Shown here: positions 10,454 through 17,986 of the stretch, one piece after another
Position numbering within the stretch: position 1 is the first letter of the stretch
Layout of the letters: each line of letters opens with the position of its first letter
From: Candidatus Bathyarchaeota archaeon
GTDB taxonomy: Archaea; Thermoproteota; Bathyarchaeia; Bathyarchaeales; DTEX01
DNA length: 64,000 nt
Reading direction: 5' to 3'
Assembly (NCBI GenBank): GCA_963714275.1
Contig: CAVQNT010000002.1
Coordinates: forward strand, 826,883-890,882
Translations under genes and position numbers: made by a program
Notes under the pieces: generated by a model
Databases searched by the model: none
Seen by the model: only the letters and a program-made list of their open reading frames with translations
What the model was told of the DNA's origin: nothing

Positions 10454-11488
10454 TTACTTCTTAAGCGTTCTCGTCTTTCGCGCGTAGTACCTAAGGGGGC
10501 TTCGGATAGTTTTGCACACCTCATCAGGACCGGGGCACAGGGCGTGTGTCTTCAGGGTGTCGCATGTCGGCGACCTGTATTTGGTTCGGGAGCCCCTGTC
10601 TCCTGCTATGTGTTCAACTTGGTACCTCGTCATTCTCTCGTTGAAGTCTGCTGAGGCGCGGAAAAGGTTCACGACTTCCTCAGGTTTCATGTTCACGTTT
10701 ATTAGAAAAGAGGTCAATGTGAAACGGCCAAGGTGAGAAATGTGGGTTCCAGTTTTTGCGGAGCCATAGAATATTTGGATGCACGGCGGAAAGGCTTCGT
10801 TTGTGACCTCTTTGGGAAACATTGTGAGCCGAGCTTTTTCCATGCGGTCAGCGTATTTTAGGCTTAGATTGTCGATGCGTTGAAGAATCGGTTCGGGAAG
10901 CATGGACCTCACATTTATGCTGAGCCGTTTTTCGATGCGTTTCCTGATTTCCTCTTGGAGAAGCCGTGCTGCCTCGCGTTTGTTGAGGTAAACCTCGCTG
11001 TTCACGAGGGTTCGGTTGACAAGCTTCCATTCGTCTTCATGAAAAACCTCGGCGTTACGCAGGAAATCCGTGAAAAAAAGGGCGAAGTCGAACCTTCTGT
11101 AGCCAACAGGCTGGATGGGACTTCTTATTTTCCAGTTGAAAACTTTTGCGACCTCAATTATTTTTTCTTTGTCTTCTTCTTGCAGAAGCTCGTACGCCCG
11201 TCTTGCTTCAGCAAGAGCATAACGTCTTTTGATGTAATCGTTGTTCGAAGCTGCCACCAGAATGATAGCCACGGGGAAAGACGGAATCTCTATGCCTTCT
11301 TCTCGCGGAAGGTAACTGACCTGTGGCGGACTAGTTTTTAGAGCTTCGTCTATTCGGTTCTGGGCTCTGTCAACAATCGGTTTTAGGCTTGGGTTTTCAA
11401 GGTTCGTAACGTCCAAGTCTAACCGTTTAACTTCTTCAGCTGCGTCCAGAACGAACGGGTACTTAGCCAACTCGATTCTTGGTGCCAA
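10454..11488 (-). CDS. priL: DNA primase large subunit PriL
   Basis: 344 aa. The C-terminal Fe-S domain has conserved Cys (FPPC, PTCDTLK, LCPGPDEVC). Adjacent to priS. Confidence 0.85.
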   Translation of the reverse strand: MAPRIELAKYPFVLDAAEEVKRLDLDVTNLENPSLKPIVDRAQNRIDEALKTSPPQVSYLPREEGIEIPSFPVAIILVAASNNDYIKRRYALAEARRAYELLQEEDKEKIIEVAKVFNWKIRSPIQPVGYRRFDFALFFTDFLRNAEVFHEDEWKLVNRTLVNSEVYLNKREAARLLQEEIRKRIEKRLSINVRSMLPEPILQRIDNLSLKYADRMEKARLTMFPKEVTNEAFPPCIQIFYGSAKTGTHISHLGRFTLTSFLINVNMKPEEVVNLFRASADFNERMTRYQVEHIAGDRGSRTKYRSPTCDTLKTHALCPGPDEVCKTIRSPLRYYARKTRTLKK

Positions 11489-11534
11489 TCTTACCTTCCT
11501 TTACAAATCCTTCGTAAATTGGAATGTGACCTTA

Positions 11535-12290
11535 CTATTCGACTTCTATTCTGGGCGCCAAGTAATAGACTAACGTGCCATCGTAGGTTTGTTTGAAGTC
11601 GAGGCGGATGGGCATGTCGTTCGAGAACTCGAGCGTCACAATGTCGGAGGTGGCAACCGCTGCCTTAACAATCTCCGAAAGGTAGCTCAAAGGAAATGTT
11701 GACTTCGAAGGTTCCGTTACCTCAACAGACAACAGCGCGTCGCTGCCTTTTTTGAGTTCTATGCTTGCTCCCATGATGTCTCCTTTGGCGTTCATCGCCA
11801 TGTTTTCGCCGTCGGTTTCCACGCGGACGTGGTCGCTTACTAGCGCAACGTCTTCGAGCGATTGGCGAAGCCCGTCTGTCGTTAAAGTAATCTTCGAGTT
11901 GAATGTGATTTTTGGTAATCCCTGCTCTTCTTCGGTTGCCTCTAGCGTTGGCATCCTGAATGTGCGGATGTATTTTCCTTTAACCGTCATCACGAATTGT
12001 CCTGTGGTTTCGTCCAGATAGAGCTCGACGGCTTCGTCTTTTCCTGCCCTTTTGAGGAGCTTCAGCAGCTCGCCCAAGTTCAGGCAAATTTTGGTTTCCT
12101 GGTCCGAAACATACTCGTCGAAGGCTGTTTTCTGCATAGTAAAGTCGACCATGGCTACGCGTGAAGGGTCCATGGCTCTGAGTTTGATTCCTTCTGTGCC
12201 TACGACGAACGTGCCTTCGTCAATAAGTGTCGAGATAGCTGTGACCGCGTCTCTCAGAAGCTTCGCGTCAGACATCCTAATTTTGAACAT
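11535..12290 (-). CDS. pcn: DNA polymerase sliding clamp PCNA
   Basis: 251 aa with typical PCNA N-terminus (MFKIRMSDAKLLRDAVTAISTLIDE) and length. Confidence 0.9.
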   Translation of the reverse strand: MFKIRMSDAKLLRDAVTAISTLIDEGTFVVGTEGIKLRAMDPSRVAMVDFTMQKTAFDEYVSDQETKICLNLGELLKLLKRAGKDEAVELYLDETTGQFVMTVKGKYIRTFRMPTLEATEEEQGLPKITFNSKITLTTDGLRQSLEDVALVSDHVRVETDGENMAMNAKGDIMGASIELKKGSDALLSVEVTEPSKSTFPLSYLSEIVKAAVATSDIVTLEFSNDMPIRLDFKQTYDGTLVYYLAPRIEVE

Positions 12291-12443
12291 GACCTATTCA
12301 CCGTTCGATAATTGTGTGTGTTTCTATAATTCAATGCACCTAGATTACTTAAATGTTTTAGACAAACCACAATTTAAACAATTTTGTATTGCTGGTTCAG
12401 TTTGAATCTTAACTAGCGATTATTGATTTAATTATTAAACTAT

Positions 12444-12481
12444 GTTTATGAGTATTCTCTGAATGTGTAGTTGCATTTTGT
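12444..12481. repeat. attL: orphan copy of the last 11 codons plus stop of tfs
   Basis: gtttatgagtattctctgaatgtgtagttgcattttgt, identical to 14951..14988. Confidence 0.9.
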
Positions 12482-12519
12482 TTTGGCTCATTAGTATTAG
12501 CTTCTGGAATACTTGACAT
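12482..12519 (-). other. Detached 5' end of the integrase gene (Int-N: start codon plus 13 codons) with its upstream promoter-like region
   Basis: Minus strand from ATG 12519 reads MSSIPEANTNEPK, then enters attL as QNATTHSENTHK. This is the same frame in which attR is read by the integrase body. A purine-rich stretch and TTTAAA (12565-12570) lie upstream. Confidence 0.75.
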
Positions 12520-12609
12520 TCTCTCTTTTTCCCCTTTTTAGCGTGTATATCTCTATCAAACTCCTTTAAATATGTAGCATCGTGTGAGCTGACTTTACTC
12601 TAAGCTTTG

Positions 12610-12649
12610 ATTCTAAGAGTAGAATTTCTGCAAGTCTCTAAGAGTAGAG
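12610..12649. promoter_or_regulatory. Pair of palindromic sites (ATTCTA-AGAG-TAGAAT and CTCTA-AGAG-TAGAG) upstream of the Int-N start
   Basis: Seen directly. The 17-mer attctaagagtagaatt recurs at 14051-14067, and gcaagtctcta also recurs. Confidence 0.55.
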
Positions 12650-12679
12650 GCTCTAACTCTAACTAGTGAAGTTAGCTAG

Positions 12680-12937
12680 TTAGTCTCTCATTACTTTTTC
12701 TCCACTTTTAAAGGAAATAATTGTTGAATCGTCCTCCCAATCTATGTTTCTTTCTCCCATTAATGCAACTCTTACAATAAAGCCCGGAGGTAAAGGCATA
12801 TGTTCAAAATAAATTAAATCGAATCCTTCCTTTCTAAGTCTAGGCATCAATTGATTTGATATATATAGAGAAACAAGTCTTTCGGTTATTCGAGCTTTCC
12901 AATTATTTAGTTCGGAAGGACGAAACGAATATTTCAT
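12680..12937 (-). CDS. Hypothetical protein (85 aa) of the integrated element
   Basis: Intact ORF inside the element. I recognise no family. A 14-nt perfect palindrome gcttgatatcaagc (12994-13007) lies upstream. Confidence 0.4.
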   Translation of the reverse strand: MKYSFRPSELNNWKARITERLVSLYISNQLMPRLRKEGFDLIYFEHMPLPPGFIVRVALMGERNIDWEDDSTIISFKSGEKVMRD

Positions 12938-13118
12938 TTCTTCTCCCTTATTGTTTATATAGAAATCACTATAAAAATTTTAGTGGCTAGCTAGCTTGAT
13001 ATCAAGCGGGACAGAAAGGGCTTTTACCTTCCACAAAAGGCAGTATATGGAAAGAAAACACCGAAAAAGTATTAGACATTTTTATGTCTCGTTCAGTATA
13101 GCTGAATTACTCACCACT

Positions 13119-13817
13119 CTAGCTAGTCCATTCTAGTGTTAAATTCCATCCTGTTAAAGCAGGTCCATCAAAGTAAACTTTTGAATCTACACTTATCCAA
13201 GATTCTCCGTTTATTGTGCCTAATGTTATGTATGTATCGTTTGCCACAACTCCACCACTTTGATAGAGTATTACATGAATCTTAGAATTATAAGCAGTAT
13301 TTGTTCCGACATTGCAGACGTATCCATAGACTTTAAGATACAGTTTGTCCCAAAACGGTCCATTGTCATCACCCTTCAAATTCACACCAATAAGTTTTGG
13401 TGTTATTAAAGTATTAATTTGATTCTGCAAGTTTGTAATTTGAGTAGTCAATAAAGAGACTTGTGTATTTAGATCGGATATTTGGTTCTGTAGATTTGTT
13501 ATTTGCGAATTCAATTGATTATTCTGATCCGTGAGTACCAATATTTGCGAATTCAGTGAATCAATTTGAGTATTATAATATGTAATGTTTTCATCAAGCC
13601 ATGTTTGTAAATAGCTTAGTAGAGTTTCATTCCGATCCAGCCAACTTTGTAGTTGATTCTTTTGGTTAGTAAGAATTTGAATTTGAAAATCTATACTTTG
13701 AATGTAACTATCTTTTCTGTTCACTGCTACTGCCATTCCTAATAAACCGACTGCTAAAATTATGCACAGTATTACTAGCCCGACGACTTTTCTACTTACA
13801 ACGTTCTTTTCACTCAT
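13119..13817 (-). CDS. Membrane-anchored Q/N-rich coiled-coil protein with C-terminal beta-rich domain (element-encoded)
   Basis: 232 aa with an N-terminal TM segment (VVGLVILCIILAVGLLGMAVAV) and heptad-like repeats (LTNQKNQLQSWLD, ITNLQNQISDLNTQVSLLTTQITNLQNQINTL). Confidence 0.6.
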   Translation of the reverse strand: MSEKNVVSRKVVGLVILCIILAVGLLGMAVAVNRKDSYIQSIDFQIQILTNQKNQLQSWLDRNETLLSYLQTWLDENITYYNTQIDSLNSQILVLTDQNNQLNSQITNLQNQISDLNTQVSLLTTQITNLQNQINTLITPKLIGVNLKGDDNGPFWDKLYLKVYGYVCNVGTNTAYNSKIHVILYQSGGVVANDTYITLGTINGESWISVDSKVYFDGPALTGWNLTLEWTS

Positions 13818-14049
13818 TTTATTCCCCCCTTTATATTCGTTATAAAATAAACTCGTATGGCAAAGTGAATAGACCGATTACTATATCTTTTGTTGAAAAG
13901 GACATAAATAAAAATTTGTATTAACAAAGAAGTGTTTTGTGAAAAACTAATACTAATCAGAAAACTGGACTACCAGACAGTAGTGACTAGCATTGAAGCT
14001 CAGCTACATGATATGTACTCTTCATGCACACAGTTCTCTATGAAGAAAA

Positions 14050-14085
14050 AATTCTAAGAGTAGAATTAAGTCCTAAGAGCTAGCA
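14050..14085. promoter_or_regulatory. Second pair of related palindromic sites (AATTCTA-AGAG-TAGAATT plus degenerate TCCTAAGAGCTAGC)
   Basis: Seen directly. Lies between the integrase stop (14271) and the start of the coiled-coil gene (13817). Confidence 0.55.
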
Positions 14086-14270
14086 AGTCTCTAGAACCTG
14101 AGAAGCTAGCTGACTTGACCCAAGGTCTAAGAATTTAATTCTATGCATTGAAAAATCATAGTTCAATAGCAACTAAACTGGCTCGTACCTTGTTAACAGC
14201 TTCTTTATCTACACCAATTTTTTCAAGCAGTTTGAGCACATTTTTACTGTCTGTTATCTTGCTTGCTGAG

Positions 14271-14988
14271 CTAGTACAGCATTGAAGCATAGTAGTGTCT
14301 TAAGTCGTAGAGTCTTATTCTCTTAAGCTCTGAGTCATGCATCTTCTTAGCTAAGCTAGTTCTCAGTCTTTCAAAGGTGTTGCTGATTGTGGAAGACTTT
14401 AGGAAGATTCTGTCGTTTAAGTTGAAGCTGTGTCTCTTTACATGCTCAACTAACATACATTGAGTGTGAGGTTTTAGCTTTAATATTCTAGGGTTGCCGT
14501 ACTTTGCTGAGTATACTGAGACTGTTCCTTTCTCTAAGTCAATGTCTCTGAGTGTGAGGTTTGCTACTTCTATTGGTCTGAGTCCACATTCTTTGATGAT
14601 TGAATAGATTAGTGCATACTTTCTTGAAGCATGTCCAAGCATAAGGTTTACTTTCTCTTCTTTTGGGACTACAAGAATCTTGTGGTCTCTTCTGTACTTT
14701 GGCTTATTCCAAGCTAAACCATTGTACTTGACATAGTGCTGATAGAAGTCGCATAAGTTTCCTTTGTAGCTACTTGCCCATTTTCCTCTAGCTATGAATA
14801 TTGAGACATCGCTTGAATTATCCAAGTTCATTCTATTAGCTAAGAACATTAATGCCCTTAGCATTGTCTCAAGGTAGGCTTTGGAGTATCCTAGTTTCTC
14901 TAGCTCAAAACAGACTTTGATTATTTTGCCCTTAGATTCGAATGCACATAGTTTATGAGTATTCTCTGAATGTGTAGTTGCATTTTGT
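14271..14988 (-). pseudogene. int: SSV-type tyrosine recombinase/integrase body (Int-C), apparently truncated before the catalytic Tyr
   Basis: Contains GLRPIEVANLTLRDIDLEKGTV (box I Arg) and RLYDLRHYYASMLY (box II), then TAG at 14271. The first 31 aa of track ORF 14271..15080 are just tfs read in another frame. Confidence 0.75.
14951..14988. repeat. attR: copy forming the functional 3' end of tfs
   Basis: Same 38-mer. On the minus strand it encodes TKCNYTFREYS-stop of TFS. Confidence 0.9.
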
Positions 14989-15291
14989 GCATCTGAAGAA
15001 TTGGGTTGAGGATTCGTCTGCTCCCCTTGTTTGTACTTGCCAGACGTATGCGGCGTTGTTTCCGCATTTTGGGCATTCAATCGTGGTCGTTGGAAGCGTC
15101 TGAAGCTTCTGTTCCTTCTTGCCGATGACTACTAGATGGTCTCGAGGCTTGGGAGCTGCAACCTTCTGCGTGCAAACGTCAGATTCCACTGACTTCCTAT
15201 AACTGCATTTAGGACAGACAAGATAACAGCCTTTCCCGTCCTTTTTCCGTTTAGCCACGAGACGGGTCTCGCACTTTGGACAAAATTCCAT
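14953..15291 (-). CDS. tfs: Transcription factor S (TFS; RNA polymerase subunit M/TFIIS-like)
   Basis: 112 aa with two Zn ribbons (CPKCETRL..CPKCSY and CPKCGNN..QTRGADESSTQFFRCTKCNYTF). Confidence 0.9.
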   Translation of the reverse strand: MEFCPKCETRLVAKRKKDGKGCYLVCPKCSYRKSVESDVCTQKVAAPKPRDHLVVIGKKEQKLQTLPTTTIECPKCGNNAAYVWQVQTRGADESSTQFFRCTKCNYTFREYS

Positions 15292-15461
15292 TGAAGCCCC
15301 CCAAGTAACAGTTAGCCAAATTTTGTCTATAACGGTTCTTTTAAACTTTTCTGAACCAACACAACATCGCGGTTGTCTACAGCCTAAGCCAAAACAATGT
15401 AACCCAACTGTAAATACTCAATAGTTTAGACGAAGGAAGCTTTAAAAAAATAGTGACTTAG

Positions 15462-15602
15462 CTTAGCCTCCTACCAGACATAATACAGTCACTAAAAAAT
15501 AAACTAGCAGGACTGCCTGACCGAACCTTCGTCTATTCGGGGCACGGAGAAACAACAACAATCGGGAAAGAAAAAATTACGAATCCTTTTCTTCTAGCCT
15601 AA
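15462..15602 (+). pseudogene. C-terminal remnant of an MBL-fold (glyoxalase II-like) hydrolase
   Basis: Manual translation: LSLLPDIIQSLKNKLAGLPDRTFVYSGHGETTTIGKEKITNPFLLA-stop. The GHG..TTIG.EK..NPF tail is typical of that family. There is no N-terminal part upstream. It overlaps the 3' end of 15594..16985 by 9 nt. Confidence 0.5.
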
Positions 15603-16985
15603 ACGAAGGACCTTTCCTGGATTAAGAATGTTGTTCGGGTCGAAAAGCTTCTTGATCTCCTTCATGAGGTTGAACTCCTTCTCACCTGTTGTCAAAGCCA
15701 ACTGTTCGGTTCTGATCGCGCCTATTCCGTGCTCGCCTGTGACGACGCCTCCCATACTGACTCCAGCGTCATAAATTTCGCCTTTAACCTTTGCCACGTA
15801 GTCCGAAGCCTTGCCTTTCTCCCTCATCACGTGAACATGCAGGTTCCCGTCGCCAGCGTGCCCATAAACAGGCAGGTGAACGCCATATTTCGTGGCAATC
15901 TCGTCAACAATGTCCATCAGGTCCCCAAGCCTGCTCGGAGGCACAGTCACGTCTAGAATGTCAACCAGCTGAGGCTTAAGGGTCGTGTAAATGTTGCTTC
16001 TAATCTTAAGAATTCTATCTTGCTCTTCCCTGGTTTCGGCGAGAACAGGCTCCCCAACATTGCCTTCTTCACATGAAGATGAAACCTTTTCGCAGGCATG
16101 AAGCAGCTCCTCTTCGCTTTCCCCCGTGAGTATGATTATGAGCTGCGCTTTGCCTTTTTGAACTGGCCATTTCTCGTTCAGGTGCTCAGCGGACCTGTTG
16201 ATCTCGGCTGGCTCCACATATTCGATGGCAAGCGGAAACACGCCTGAAAGCAGAACCTTCTGGACAGCCCGCAACGCATCGTGGCGACTGTTGAAGGGCA
16301 CGATCACCGTTGCACCGTATTCGCTTTTTGGATGAAGCTTAATCGTGGCTTTAGTTACCACGCACAATGTCCCTTCGCTCCCAATAACAAGATGCAGGAG
16401 ACTGTAGCCAGCGTTGTCCTTGATTAGTTTGCCCCCCAAGCATAGCACCTCGCCTGTTGGCAGAACAGCTTCAACGCCCTTCACGTAGTTCCGCATCACC
16501 CCATACTTCACCGCCCTCACCCCGCCAGCGTTCGTGGCAATCAACCCGCCGACCTGCGCACCTTCGTCTCCCGGATGGGGAGGAAAAAACAAACCAGCTT
16601 CACCAGCAGCCTTGAACAAGTCGCCCAGCGTAGCCCCAGCATCAGCGACCACCATCAAGTTTTCCCTGTCAATTTCCAATTTATTCATTCTTTCCAGAGA
16701 CAAGATTATGCCGGGTTCAGTTGGCACCGATCCGCCAACAAGCCCAGTTCGTCCGCCAACAGGAAAAACGGGAACCCTTTTTGCATTCGCAACCTTTAGG
16801 ACCTGCGACACCTCGATGGTTGATGCGGGCTTCACCAGAACTAGGTTACTCGCAGCCAAGGGTCGAACAGGTTCAGGCGTTTCGTCCCTGAGGTAGCTTT
16901 CCATGTACTCGCGTTCAGTGACAACCCATTCTTTCCCGACAGCCACTGTCAACTCTTTTTTGAGGTCTTTTTCACTTACGTTCAT
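15594..16985 (-). CDS. FAD-binding oxidase (GlcD / D-lactate dehydrogenase family)
   Basis: 463 aa with an FAD-binding PCMH domain (PVGGRTGLVGGSVP, GSEGTL) and C-terminal GEHGIG. Overlaps the etfA stop, so it is operonic. Confidence 0.85.
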   Translation of the reverse strand: MNVSEKDLKKELTVAVGKEWVVTEREYMESYLRDETPEPVRPLAASNLVLVKPASTIEVSQVLKVANAKRVPVFPVGGRTGLVGGSVPTEPGIILSLERMNKLEIDRENLMVVADAGATLGDLFKAAGEAGLFFPPHPGDEGAQVGGLIATNAGGVRAVKYGVMRNYVKGVEAVLPTGEVLCLGGKLIKDNAGYSLLHLVIGSEGTLCVVTKATIKLHPKSEYGATVIVPFNSRHDALRAVQKVLLSGVFPLAIEYVEPAEINRSAEHLNEKWPVQKGKAQLIIILTGESEEELLHACEKVSSSCEEGNVGEPVLAETREEQDRILKIRSNIYTTLKPQLVDILDVTVPPSRLGDLMDIVDEIATKYGVHLPVYGHAGDGNLHVHVMREKGKASDYVAKVKGEIYDAGVSMGGVVTGEHGIGAIRTEQLALTTGEKEFNLMKEIKKLFDPNNILNPGKVLRLG

Positions 16986-17983
16986 CCTGCATTCTCCTCT
17001 CCTTTATAGATTTTAGTTCCCGAATTAATAATGGAATAACCTCATAAATGTCGCCTACGACGCCGTAGTCTGCAACGTTAAAAATCGGAGCCGAAGGGTC
17101 CTTGTTTATGGCGATAATCGTGTCCGAGTCCCTCATCCCGAACAAGTGCTGAGGAGAACCCGAAACTCCACAAGCAACGTAGACCCTCGGCTTAACCGTG
17201 TGCCCGCTGAACCCAACCTGGTGGTCTCTGCTTATCCAGCCAGCGTCAACGAGGGGTCTGCTTGAACCGACAACTCCACCTAAAACTTGCGCTAATTCGC
17301 GGAGAAGAGCGAAATCTTCTGGGCTTTTCAAGCCTCTTCCGCCTGAAACGATGACTTCCGCCTCGGCAAGGTTAACCTCGTCTGCCCCTGTCTTCTTGAG
17401 TATCCGCATCCCTGTGTCATCTACGATTTCAGCATCCCTCACTGTCACTGCGCCTTTCCTGTTCGGGTCCTTCAGGTTGGCTTTCATGACTTTATACCGA
17501 ACCGTCGTCATCTGAGGTCTCGTTTTGGTCTTTATCTGTGCCATGATGTTGCCGCTGAAGGCAGGACGGACCTGAACCAAGTTTCCTCCTTCATCCAAGT
17601 CCAAGTCGACACAGTCAGTCTGTAAGCCCCGTTCTCAAGGCAGCAGCAATCCTCGGCGCCAAGCTTCTTCCAAGGCGGGTCGCACCCAACAAAAAGATGT
17701 CTGGTTTCGTTTCCTCAACAAGCCTGACAATGTTGCGCGAATACTGAATCATGTCGAACTCCGCAAGAAACGGATGGTTAAAAACATAAACCGTGTCAGC
17801 ACCGTAATGGACAAGATCAACAGCCTTGTCCCGAATACCATGCCCCAACAGAACAGCTGACAGTTCCACAGCTAACCTATCAGCAAGCCATCTTCCCTTC
17901 CCAAGCAGCTCGTAAGTCACAGGATGAACTACGTTGTCGTTTTGTTCAGCGAAAACCAGAATGTTGCCTGAGACTGACACCAT
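16972..17983 (-). pseudogene. etfA: Electron transfer flavoprotein alpha subunit, one frameshift
   Basis: ORFs 17615..17983 and 16972..17604 are the N and C halves. Removing one base from cagtctg (17616-17622) restores TGLTADCVDLDLDE, matching the conserved TGLTADC motif. Confidence 0.85.
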
Positions 17984-17986
17984 CGT

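Larger units (their letters stand above)
12444..14988. mobile_element. Small integrated element (provirus/plasmid remnant) in the 3' end of tfs, carrying a split SSV-type integrase
   Basis: Bounded by a perfect 38-bp direct repeat. The interior is visibly AT-rich relative to the flanks. It holds three same-strand genes including a tyrosine recombinase. The integrase ORF becomes continuous across the joined ends. Confidence 0.85.

Noticed and set aside
14989-15080. N-terminal 31 residues (MNAQNAETTPHTSGKYKQGEQTNPQPNSSDA) of the track ORF 14271..15080
   Set aside because: This part is the tfs coding sequence read in another frame. The real integrase N-terminus is the detached piece at 12482-12519. 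Translation from ATG 15080 on a tfs read-through transcript cannot be excluded, but nothing supports it.
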